NCBI GenBank assembly: GCA_951406725.2
Contig: OX597841.1
Location: 22,506,001 to 22,570,000 of the forward strand
From: Octopus vulgaris
Lineage: Eukaryota
Direction: 5' to 3'
DNA length: 64,000 bases
How positions within the stretch are numbered: the first letter of the stretch is position 1; every line of letters begins with the position of its first letter. The notes beneath the pieces are model-generated. The model searched no databases. It was given only the letters and a program-made list of their open reading frames with translations, and had not been told where the DNA came from. Of this stretch, positions 52,177 through 64,000 are shown piece after piece. Both the position numbers and the translations under genes were made by a program.

Positions 52177-52857
52177 ACATCATCATCATCATCATCATTT
52201 AGCTTCCGCTTTCCATACTAGCATGGGTTGGACGGTTCAACTGGGGTCTGTGAAGCTGGAAGGCTTCGTCAGGCCCAGTCAGATCTGGCAGTATTTCTAC
52301 GGCTGGATGCCCTTCCTAACGCCAACCACTCCGTGAGTGTAGTGGGTGCTTTTTACGTGCCACCTGCACAGGTGCCAGACAGAGCTGGCAAATGGCCACG
52401 AACGGATGGTGCTTTTACGTGCCACCGGCACGGGAGCCAGGCGGGGCTGGCAACGGACACGAACGGATGATGCTTTTACGTGCCACCAACACGGGGGCCA
52501 GACGGAGCTGGCAAACGGCCACGATCAGATGGTGCTTTTACGTGCCACCAACACGGGGGCCAGACGGAGCTGGCAAACGGCCACGATCAGATGGTGCTTT
52601 TACGTGCCACCAACACGGGGGCCAGACGAGGCTGGCAAACGGCCACGATCAGATGGTGCTTTTACGTGTCACCGGCACGGGGGCCAGGCGAGGCTGGCAA
52701 ACGGCCACGAAACGGATGGTGCTTTTACGTGTCACCGGCACGGGGGCCAGGCGAGGCTGGCAACGGCCACGAACGGATGGTGCTCTTACGTGTCACCGGC
52801 ACGGGGGCCAGGCGAGGCTGGCAAACGGCCACGAAACGGATGGCGCTTTTACGTGCT
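52177..52857 (-). mobile_element. RTE-3'-type element with ~8 internal ~60-bp repeats
   Basis: (cat)n tail, core, and repeats of gctggcaaacggccacga...ggtgcttttacgtg; tcacat occurs on both flanks. Confidence 0.8.
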
Positions 52858-53262
52858 TTCACATTCTATTGTATTACTACAACAGGGGCCAAGTTGATTT
52901 CATTGACCCCAGTATACAACTGGTACTTATTTCATCCTTTTGTTGTCTATAAATTAAGTACCAGTTATGCACTGGGGTCGATGTAATTGACTTATCCCCT
53001 CTCACCAAACTTTAGGCCTTTAGTAGAAAGGTTGAGTACTGTTGTAGTAATACAATAGAATGTGATAAGTTGTTTGTTGCTTTAAAGAGTAAAACTCATG
53101 ACCCACATAATACAGACATAGCCTGAAATGTCTCTGCCAACACTGCTTTTCAGTCTGTTAACCTATTTCTGTCTATAAACGACACACCCAATCGTCAATC
53201 ATTATTCACTGTTTTCTCAACCATGAATCTAGACTTTTCAAAAGCCTTTCTTGCTCAATACA

Positions 53263-53999
53263 TACTCTCTTTTACTTGTTTCAGTCATTTAACTGCGGCC
53301 ATGCTGGAGCACTGCCTTTAGTCGAGCAAATCGACCCCAGGACTTATTCTTTTGTAAGCCCAGTACTTATTCTATCGGTCTCTTTTACTTGTTTCAGTCA
53401 TTTAACTGCGGCCATGCTGGAGCACTGCCTTTAGTCGAGCAAATCGACCCCAGGACTTATTCTTTTGTAAGCCCAGTACTTATTCTATTGGTCTCTTTTA
53501 CTTGTTTCAGTCATTTAACTGCGGCCATGCTGGAGCACTGCCTTTAGTCGAGCAACTCGACCCCGGGACTTATTCTTTTGTAAGCCCAGTACTTATTCTA
53601 TTGGTCTCTTTTACTTGTTTCAGTCATTTAACTGCGGCCATGCTGGAGCAACGCCTTTAGTCGAGCAAATCGATCCCAGGACTTATTCTTTGTAAGCCTA
53701 GTACTTATTCTATCGGTCTCTTTTGCAGGGATGTAAACACACCACCATCGATTGTCAAGCGACGTTGGGGGAACAAAGACAGACAAACAAACATACACAC
53801 ATGCACACAGACACACATATATATACATATATACGACAGGCTTCTTTCAGTTTCTGTCTACCAAATCCACTCACAAGGCTTTGGTCAGCCCAAGGCTATA
53901 GTAGAAGACACTTGCCCAAGGTGCCACGCAGTGGGACTGAACCCGGAACCATGTGGTTGGTAAGCAAGCTACTTACCACACAGTCACTTCTGCGCCTAT
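53263..53999 (-). mobile_element. Full-length S2 (CORE-like, tRNA-derived) SINE with a tetramerised ~113-bp 3' end
   Basis: Head taggcgcag...gtgtggtaagtagcttgc, CORE-like ggcaccttgggcaagtgtctt, (TA)(TG) middle, and four tail units at 53263-53725. Confidence 0.88.
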
Positions 54000-54404
54000 A
54001 ATTCCACAGAACTCACCAATAATTTTTCTAAATTAAACAAATTTTAAGATAGATTGTTGTTTAAAACAAATAATTAAATGTAATTTACAAAATTATATTT
54101 AAAATATAATCCTTTTAGATTTAATAAGATATTAAAGTTTTATAATGTAAAAGGAACAATCTATAAAATTAAAATCATACTTTCAAAATTTGGCACAAGG
54201 CCAGCAATTTTGGGGGAGGTGTTAAATCGATTAGATTCACCCCAGTATTCAACTGGTACTTATTTTATCTACTCTGAAAGAACGAAAGGCAAATTTGACC
54301 CCAGCAGAATTTGAACTCAGAACATAAACACATATGAAATTTTTTCTGGGCATTTTGCCTGCGGAATAAAGTCAAAATATTAAAACATTTCAATTGTTAT
54401 TATA

Positions 54405-54907
54405 CCATAAACCCTCGAGTATAATCTGCATTTTTTTCCCAAAATTCAAAGGTCAAAATCCCTAGTGCGTACTATATACGAGGTAAAAAATGAAAAATAT
54501 TTTCTAAGCAATGTCTGAGTCTCTATTTGCTGTCCGGCAATGTTTATTCAGACGCATTTTGTGATGTCGGGCGTGAAAATACCTTAAGCTAAGCCTAAAA
54601 GCAATGAAGTCACAAAAGAATTATCCATGACTTGCAGTAAGCAACATTTATTAAATGTTATTTCTTTATTTTCTGCCAACAAAATGTACAAAAAAGCTAC
54701 ACATTTGCATTATGTTATATATACAATAATAATAAAGGACGTTACCGTATACATTTTTACAAACCATGGACGTTATATAGACCTCCTTGACTCAAGTTAG
54801 AGAAGGGGTGTGTATTATACACAAGGTTTAGGCTTTTCAGAGGTACAGCCCCTTATAACTCCCCTGCGTATTATACTCAAGGGCAGACTATACTCAAGGA
54901 TTTACAG
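54405..54907. mobile_element. Tc1/mariner-pogo-type MITE
   Basis: Imperfect TIRs ccataaaccctcgagtata / tatactcaaggatttacag with TA-like flanks. Confidence 0.55.
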
Positions 54908-55251
54908 TTAATAGTAAATGTAAAATGTAGCATATATATTAGTATTTAAACTAGTCATGCCCAGCGCTAATATTTTATGTTTTATACTCAAACCGACCAG
55001 ATCTGGTCCCTCGTACCTGCCCTTTTATGTCATTCTAAAAGTGCAACAATCATATTATTGAACTCCCAAAGCTACAAGATAGTGCATGATCACTTTAAAG
55101 TAATCCTTACTACTAAAGGCACAGGCCCTGAAGTTTTGGGTGAGGGGACTCGTTGATTACATCAACCCCAGTGTTTCACCAGTACTTAATTTATCAACCC
55201 CGAAAGGACAAAAGGCAAAGTTGACCTTGGCAGAATTTGAACTAAGGAAGT

Positions 55252-56086
55252 AAGCGAACCATCCAAATGTGGCTGTTGCCAGTGCCACCCCAACGGGCCT
55301 CCGTGCCGGTGGCACGTAAAAAGCACCATCCGATCATGGCCTTGCCAGCCTCACCTGGCCCCCATGCCGGTGGCACATAAAAAGCACCATCCAACCGTTG
55401 CCATTCTCCAGCTGTGCCGGTGGCACGTAAAAAGCACCATCCGACCGTGGCCGTTTGCCAGCCTTGCCTGGCCTCTGTGCAGGTGGCACGTAAAAAGCAC
55501 CATCCGACCGTGGCCGTTTGCCAGCCTTGCCTGGCCTCTGTGCAGGTGGCACGTAAAAAGCACCATCCGACCGTGGCCGTTTGCCAGCCTTGCCTGGCCT
55601 CTGTGCAGGTGGCACGTAAAAAGCACCATCCGATCATGGCCGTTGCCAGCCTCGCCTGGCCCCTATGCCGGTGGCACGTAAAAAGCACCATCCGATCGTG
55701 GCCGTTGCCAGCCTCGCCTGGCCCCTGGTGCCGGTGGCACGTAAAAAGCACCATCCGATCATGGCCGTTGCCAGCCTCGCCTGGCCCCTATGCCGGTGGC
55801 ACGTAAAAAGCACCATCCGATCATGGCCGTTGCCAGCCTCGCCTGGCCCCTATGCCGGTGGCACGTAAAAAGCACCATCTGACCGTGGCCATTGCCAGCC
55901 TTGCCTGGCCCCCGTGCAGGTAGCACATAAAAAGCACCCACTACACTCTCGGAGTGGTTGGCGTTAGGAAGGGCATCCAGCCGTAGAAACCTTGCCAGAT
56001 CAAACTGGGCCTGATGCAGCCTTCTGGCTTCCCAGACCCCAGTTGAACCGTCCAACTCATGCCAGCATAGAAAACGGACGTTAAAC

Positions 56087-56114
<28 letters not shown>
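55252..56114 (+). mobile_element. RTE-3'-type element with ~10 internal ~61-bp repeats
   Basis: Repeats of ggtggcacgtaaaaagcaccatccg, then the core, then (gat)n at 56088-56114. Confidence 0.82.
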
Positions 56115-56117
<3 letters not shown>

Positions 56118-57218
56118 GTAACACAGACAAAAGCTGCAAAACATTTTGTTCCGCATTTCAATGATCCTGTCAGCTTGCCACGATCATTGATTCAAAATAA
56201 TATGAAGAAATAAACTTTATATTTGATAGGAAAAATCTGAATGTTAAAGAGTTAAAATATACTAAAATTATGGTTTCTAACATTGGTGATTAGATCAAAG
56301 TTAACTCATTAGCAAGGAAACTTATAGTTAAGGAGTGACCTAGCCACTATGGCATTTAGGTCATTTGGCAGTGGTTATCTTGTATGTAATTAGGTTACAT
56401 AGCAGTTATAATGTATACCTTGTATATAATTTTTTTTGGTAATTTTATTCATATACATACATACATACATATATGTGTGTGTGTGTGTGTGAATAAAATT
56501 ATCAGGAAAATTACATTTTTATTGAAAATTTAATATTAAAATAAAAATCAGTTTTTAAAAAAAAAACTATGTTGCTCGAAAGGGTAAAAAAACCCCCGAT
56601 CCCTTGGCAAAATTGACTAAACATTAGATGAAATAACTTGTGATATTTATTCTGAGTCTCTGCTTTCTGAGTTCAAATCCTGGCATGGTCAACTTTGCTT
56701 TTTATCCTTTTGGGGTTGATAAATAAAATATCAGACTAAGGTGTTGGTTAAGCGGAACCATTAGACATAGGATGAGATGTCTTGTAGTATTTGTTCTGGC
56801 TCTTTGTAATTTGAGTTCAAATCCCACGGTGACCCTCCTGGGCAGTAGATTTAATCTATTGAACTAGAGGGTGTCCTTTTAGCAGTGTAATTCTCTGTTT
56901 TATGCATTTCTGTTAGGTCACCTGTCTGGAGGAAATCTACCTGCCACCCTGGAAATCTACCTCAGAGACCCTGGAAAAATAAAGGGTCATAGGCAGGTCC
57001 CTTCTCTCCTTGATTAAGTGTATAAATATATGAAGTTTAGGATAAAATAACTAATTAATTTTTTAGCTGTAAAATTGATTTAGAAATCATAAAATTTCAC
57101 TTGAGAATTAGAAATCCACTGCAAGCTACCAAAAATAGGGTTTCATTTGATATAAACATCTTAATTTCCTTAATTTTCATCAGTTTTAAAATAGTTATAA
57201 CCAAACTATACTTTATAT

Positions 57219-57633
57219 GGCGATCTTTCGTCTCTAGTAGACCTTTCCATCGATTTCCGTAAAAAAATTTTTTTTTTTACATATGGGCTTGAGGGAACTT
57301 TTGAAGTAATATACATACATATACACATACACCAAGTAAAAAATTTCAGTTATCTCTTTCTTTCACACATTACTCTGTCTCTTCACACACACTAACAGAA
57401 GCACTTCACTTACACAACATACTGTCTGTCTCCTACACCCCATCAAACACACACATGTACATCAATGCTTCCCCTGGACGGTAACTTCAAAATAACTTCC
57501 CTCGTCATACAATCGCTTTCTCTTAGTCTCTTTCGCTCTCATTACTTCAAAAGTTCCCGCAAGCCCATATGTAAAAAAACAACATTTTTTTACGGAAATC
57601 GACGGAAAGGTCTACTAGAGACGAAATATTGCT
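57219..57633. mobile_element. Second copy of the same MITE
   Basis: Same TIRs and interior; flanks ctttatat / ctttatgt. Confidence 0.82.
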
Positions 57634-58638
57634 CTTTATGTTATATTCTGTAAATGTAAATAAAATGATTTATTTGGTAATATAACAGTGTAAAATGTTT
57701 TAACAGTTTCTAGTCTTATAGAATATTATCTGAAAATAAACAAATTTGTATATAACAGTACAGGGATATTATTAATAAATATCCTAGAAACAGCTGTCAG
57801 ACCTTCTAACTATAAATATTCTAATATCTATACAGCCTTAGTTTTTTTATCTCATTACGCAAAAAATTCTTATATACACACGCTGACATAGAACCAACGT
57901 TGAACTCTTTATTCGCAAAATTACAGAATCTGGAACTTAACTATGGTCTGTCTACAGCACTTATTCAGCATAACCTGACACCTTTGGGTCTCAGTGACAC
58001 CATTATCTCTATATAACAGTTATATTCATTTTTGAAATAGTTCTAATGAATCTTCAGTGAGGTAAAAGTATTAGTAAATTGTCTGTTAATTAAAACAATT
58101 ATCGCAATAAGATTTATATTTACCTGCCTCAGCTATTATGTTTCAGTTTCAACCTGAAGTTTCTTTATTTCTCAGCAAAATCTTGTCAAACCACTTCAGT
58201 CCAACAGTCACATAGATATGACTTCTGCAGCAGTTGACATGGGAGTGATAGCATTCCAGGAAAAAGTTTATAGGCGTGTGTGGGCGCGTTACCATGACAA
58301 CTTTTCTGTATTTGTTTAAATGTATGGTATGTGTATATTTGTAACATATATATATATAGGCGCAAGAGTGGCTGTGTGGTAAGTAGCTTGCTAACCAACC
58401 ACATGGTTCCGGGTTCAGTCCCACTGCGTGGCATCTTGGGCAAGTGTTTTCTGCTATAGCCTCGGGCCAACCAATGCCTTGTGAGTGGATTTGGTAGACG
58501 GAAACTGAAAGAAGCCTGCCGTATATATGTATATATATATATGTATGTGTCTGTGTTTGTCACTCTAGCATTGCTTGACAACCGAAGCTGGTGTGTTTAC
58601 ATCCCCGTCACTTAATTTGAAACTGACTTATTGGAAGT

Positions 58639-58681
58639 CCACCTGAAGATTGTCGATCAAGACAAGAAACAATTGTAGTGG
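58639..58681 (+). ncRNA. Minimal type I hammerhead ribozyme (Penelope-type)
   Basis: ccac CUGAAGA uuguc-gaucaa-gacaa GAAA caauug UA gugg: perfect stems I and II and palindromic ACAAUUGU. Confidence 0.72.
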
Positions 58682-58768
58682 CGGTTTTTTTGACTATTTA
58701 TTAAAATTTTATGTATTGATTAAGTCTTTCCTTGTTTGTTTTGCAAAATAGTGGTTTTGTCTCTAATA

Positions 58769-58841
<73 letters not shown>

Positions 58842-59132
58842 CAATAAGAAAATGGAGGGGATCAATAGTTGGTATTCATCAACTTTTAGACATTATACTA
58901 TGTCAATTTATTTATTTACTAAAAGGACAATTATAACAATATACATACATAAAAATAACGAAGAAATAAATGTACCACATGCTTATATGAAAATATATAT
59001 AAGTTTGTGTATTATTGTTATAATTATATAATATAATTATAACGAGACAAACTACTGCATTAACCCTTCCTTCTAAACACATCTAATACGTATGTACCTA
59101 TGAATATGTTTGTATGGAAATATATATATATA

Positions 59133-62100
59133 TCATCATCATCATTGTTTAACATCCGCTTTCCATGCTAGCATGGGTTGGACAGTTCAACTGGGGTCTG
59201 GGAAGCCCGAAGGCTGCACCAGGCCAGTCAGATCTGGCAGTGTTTCTACAGCTGGATGCCCTCCCTAATGCCAACCACTCTGTGAGTGTAGTGGGTGCTT
59301 TTTACGTGCCACCGGCACTGGTGCCAGGCGGAGCTGGCAAACGGCCACAATCGGATGGTACTCTTTACGTGCCACCGGCACTGGTGCCAGATGAGGCTAG
59401 CAAACGGCCACAATCGGATGGTGCTCTTTACGTGACACCGGCACAGGTGCCAGACGAAGCTGGCAAACGGCCACGCTCGGATGGTGCTTTTTACGTGCCA
59501 CCGGCATGGATGCCAGGCGTGGGTGGCAACAGCCACAATCGGTTGGTGTTTGTTATGTGCCACTGGCATGGAGGCCAGTCCATGCGACACTGGCTACGGC
59601 CACATTCGGATGGTTCTCTTACGTGCCACCGGCACTCGGCACTGGCTACGGCCACATTCAGATGGTTCTCTTACGTTCCACCGGCACTCGGCACTGGCTA
59701 CGGCCACATTCAGATGGTTCTCTTACGTGCCACCGGCACTCGGCACTGGCTACGGCCACATTCAGATGGTTCTCTTACGTTCCACCGGCACTCGGCACTG
59801 GCTACGGCCACATTCAGATGGTTCTCTTACGTTCCACCGGCACTCGGCACTGGCTACGGCCACATTCAGATGGTTCTCTTACGTTCCACCGGCACTCGGC
59901 GCTGGCTACGGCCACATTCAGATGGTTCTCTTACGTTCCACCGGCACTCGGCACTGGCTACGGCCACATTCAGATGGTTCTCTTACGTTCCACCGGCACT
60001 CGGCACTGGCTACGGCCACATTCAGATGGTTCTCTTACGTTCCACCGGCACTCGGCACTGGCTACGGCCACATTCAGATGGTTCTCTTACGTTCCACCGG
60101 CACTCGGCACTGGCTACGGCCACATTCAGATGGTTCTCTTACGTGCCACCGGCACTCGGCACTGGCTACGGCCACATTCAGATGGTTCTCTACGTTCCAC
60201 CGGCACTCGGCACTGGCTACGGCCACATTCAGATGGTTCTCTACGTTCCACCGGCACTCGGCACTGGCTACGGCCACATTCAGATGGTTCTCTTACGTTC
60301 CACCGGCACTCGGCACTGGCTACGGCCACATTCAGATGGTTCTCTTACGTTCCACCGGCACTCGGCGCTGGCTACGGCCACATTCAGATGGTTCTCTTAC
60401 GTTCCACCGGCACTCGGCACTGGCTACGGCCACATTCAGATGGTTCTCTTACGTTCCACCGGCACTCGGCACTGGCTACGGCCACATTCAGATGGTTCTC
60501 TTACGTTCCACCGGCACTCGGCACTGGCTACGGCCACATTCAGATGGTTCTCTTACGTTCCACCGGCACTCGGCACTGGCTACGGCCACATTCAGATGGT
60601 TCTCTTACGTTCCACCGGCACTCGGCACTGGCTACGGCCACATTCAGATGGTTCTCTTACGTTCCACCGGCACTCGGCACTGGCTACGGCCACATTCAGA
60701 TGGTTCTCTTACGTTCCACCGGCACTCGGCACTGGCTACGGCCACATTCAGATGGTTCTCTTACGTTCCACCGGCACTCGGCGCTGGCTACGGCCACATT
60801 CAGATGGTTCTCTTACGTTCCACCGGCACTCGGCACTGGCTACGGCCACATTCAGATGGTTCTCTTACGTTCCACCGGCACTCGGCGCTGGCTACGGCCA
60901 CATTCAGATGGTTCTCTTACGTTCCACCGGCACTCGGCACTGGCTACGGCCACATTCAGATGGTTCTCTTACGTTCCACCGGCACTCGGCACTGGCTACG
61001 GCCACATTCAGATGGTTCTCTTACGTTCCACCGGCACTCGGCACTGGCTACGGCCACATTCAGATGGTTCTCTTACGTTCCACCGGCACTCGGCGCTGGC
61101 TACGGCCACATTCAGATGGTTCTCTTACGTTCCACCGGCACTCGGCGCTGGCTACGGCCACATTCAGATGGTTCTCTTACGTTCCACCGGCACTCGGCAC
61201 TGGCTACGGCCACATTCAGATGGTTCTCTTACGTTCCACCGGCACTCGGCGCTGGCTACGGCCACATTCAGATGGTTCTCTTACGTTCCACCGGCACTCG
61301 GCACTGGCTACGGCCACATTCAGATGGTTCTCTTACGTTCCACCGGCACTCGGCACTGGCTACGGCCACATTCAGATGGTTCTCTTACGTTCCACCGGCA
61401 CTCGGCACTGGCTACGGCCACATTCAGATGGTTCTCTTACGTTCCACCGGCACTCGGCACTGGCTACGGCCACATTCAGATGGTTCTCTTACGTTCCACC
61501 GGCACTCGGCGCTGGCTACGGCCACATTCAGATGGTTCTCTTACGTTCCACCGGCACTCGGCGCTGGCTACGGCCACATTCAGATGGTTCTCTTACGTTC
61601 CACCGGCACTCGGCGCTGGCTACGGCCACATTCAGATGGTTCTCTTACGTTCCACCGGCACTCGGCGCTGGCTACGGCCACATTCAGATGGTTCTCTTAC
61701 GTTCCACCGGCACTCGGCACTGGCTACGGCCACATTCAGATGGTTCTCTTACGTTCCACCGGCACTCGGCACTGGCTACGGCCACATTCAGATGGTTCTC
61801 TTACGTTCCACCGGCACTCGGCGCTGGCTACGGCCACATTCAGATGGTTCTCTTACATTCCACCGGCACTCGGCACTGGCTACGGCCACATTCAGATGGT
61901 TCTCTTACGTTCCACCGGCACTCGGCACTGGCTACGGCCACATTCAGATGGTTCTCTTACGTTCCACCGGCACTCGGCGCTGGCTACGGCCACATTCAGA
62001 TGGTTCTCTTACGTTCCACCGGCACTCGGCACTGGCTACGGCCACATTCAGATGGTTCTCTTACGTTCCACCGGCACTCGGCGCTGGCTACGGCCACATT

Positions 62101-63985
62101 CAGATGGTTCTCTTACGTTCCACCGGCACTCGGCACTGGCTACGGCCACATTCAGATGGTTCTCTTACGTTCCACCGGCACTCGGCACTGGCTACGGCCA
62201 CATTCAGATGGTTCTCTTACGTTCCACCGGCACTCGGCACTGGCTACGGCCACATTCAGATGGTTCTCTTACGTGCCACCGGCACTCGGCACTGGCTACG
62301 GCCACATTCAGATGGTTCTCTTACGTTCCACCGGCACTCGGCACTGGCTACAGCCACATTCAGATGGTTCTCTTACGTTCCACCGGCACTCGGCACTGGC
62401 TACGGCCACATTCAGATGGTTCTCTTACGTTCCACCGGCACTCGGCGCTGGCTACAGCCACATTCAGATGGTTCTCTTACGTTCCACCGGCACTCGGCGC
62501 TGGCTACAGCCACATTCAGATGGTTCTCTTACGTTCCACCGGCACTCGGCACTGGCTACGGCCACATTCAGATGGTTCTCTTACGTTCCACCGGCACTCG
62601 GCACTGGCTACAGCCACATTCAGATGGTTCTCTTACGTTCCACCGGCACTCGGCACTGGCTACGGCCACATTCAGATGGTTCTCTTACGTTCCACCGGCA
62701 CTCGGCGCTGGCTACAGCCACGTTCGGATGCTTCTCTTACGTGCCACCGGCCCACGACGCTGGCTACGGCCACATTCTGATGGTTCTCTTACGTTCCACC
62801 GGCACTCGGCGCTGGCTACAGCCACATTTAGATGGTTCTCTTACGTTCCACCGGCACTCGGCACTGGCTACGGCCACATTCAGATGGTTCTCTTACGTTC
62901 CACCGGCACTCGGCGCTGGCTACGGCCACATTCGGATGCTTCTCTTACGTGCCACCGGCACTCGGCGCTGGCTACAGCCACGTTCGGATGCTTCTCTTAC
63001 GTGCCACCGGCCCACGACGCTGGCTACGGCCACATTCGGATGCTTCTCTTACGTGCCACCGGCCCACGGCGCTGGCTACGGCCACATTCGGATGCTTCTC
63101 TTACGTGCCACCGGCACTCGGCACTGGCTACGGCCACATTCAGATGGTTCTCTTACGTGCCACCGGCCCACGGCGCTGGCTACGGCCACATTCGGATGGT
63201 TCTCTTACGTGCCACCGGCACTCGGCACTGGCTACGGCCACATTCAGATGGTTCTCTTACGTTCCACCGGCACTCGGCGCTGGCTACAGCCACGTTCGGA
63301 TGCTTCTCTTACGTGCCACCGGCCCACGACGCTGGCTACGGCCACATTCGGATGCTTCTCTTACGTGCCACCGGCCCACGGCGCTGGCTACGGCCACATT
63401 CGGATGCTTCTCTTACGTGCCACCGGCCCACGACGCTGGCTACGGCCACATTCGGATGCTTCTCTTACGTGCCACCGGCCCACGGCGCTGGCTACGGCCA
63501 CATTCGGATGCTTCTCTTACGTGCCACCGGCACTCGGCACTGGCTACGGCCATATTCAGATGGTTCTCTTACGTTCCACCGGCACTCAGCGCTGGCTACA
63601 GCCACGTTCGGATGCTTCTATTACGTGCCACCGGCACTCGGCGCTGGCTACAGTCACATTCGGATGCTCCTCTTACGTGCCACCGGCCCACGGCGCTGGC
63701 TACAGCCACGTTCGGATGCTTCTCTTACGTTCCACCGGCACTCGGCGCTGGCTACAGCCACATTCGGATGCTTCTCTTACGTGCCACCGGCCCACGGCGC
63801 TGGCTACAGCCACGTTCGGATGCTTCTCTTACGTTCCACCGGCACTCGGCGCTGGCTACAGCCACATTCGGATGCTTCTCTTACGTGCCACCGGCACTCG
63901 GCACTGGCTACGGCCACATTCAGATGGTTCTCTTACGTGCCACTGGCTCTGGCATGACAACTACAAATTCCATTGATGTTGATAT
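59133..63985 (-). mobile_element. RTE-3'-type element containing an expanded 52-bp minisatellite
   Basis: (cat)n at 59133-59145 followed by the core; the far end (ctacaaattccattgatgttgat) matches ~18498-18520 of the RTE copy. Confidence 0.82.
59587..63945. repeat. 52-bp tandem repeat, ~84 copies
   Basis: Unit ggcactcggcactggctacggccacattcagatggttctcttacgttccacc. Confidence 0.97.
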
Positions 63986-64000
63986 GTATACATGTGTGTG

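Noticed and set aside
58124-58305. Possible upstream exon of the propeller gene (cag|gtaaat donor at 58123)
   Set aside because: Weak acceptor and no independent support; needs transcript data.
59165-63976. 1603-, 1483- and 1099-aa ORFs
   Set aside because: Products of a stop-free 52-bp unit read in rotating frames; the same 52-aa cycle appears in all three frames, and the sequence lies inside a retroposon.

Overview
Eukaryotic, AT-rich, repeat-dense DNA, very likely from an octopus. This is inferred from the KRAB-less 'MEK...CDICGKSFS' zinc-finger style and SINEs resembling octopus families as I recall them; I could not check a database. The window holds five paralogous C2H2 zinc-finger genes (16, 22, 14, 17 and 17 fingers), each with one coding exon. 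Four have a shared NRF1-like promoter and non-coding first exon in view, and three trail decayed finger arrays behind premature stops. A ~5.4 kb single-exon gene on the minus strand (46112-51539) appears to encode about six tandem NHL-like beta-propeller modules and carries one frameshift and one stop. The rest is mobile DNA: a young 5'-truncated CR1/L2-type LINE nested in a SINE, RTE 3' ends, several tRNA-derived SINE families, MITEs, and Penelope-like remnants with minimal hammerhead ribozymes. Three retroposon families each seed tandem arrays (52/~60/65 bp, 112 bp and 184 bp units). The strongest leads are the multi-propeller gene, the 184-bp SINE multimers with a fixed junction and a GGTAY-like target, a tRNA-Glu/SINE chimera, and the intact-looking hammerheads, including one in a 415-bp palindrome.
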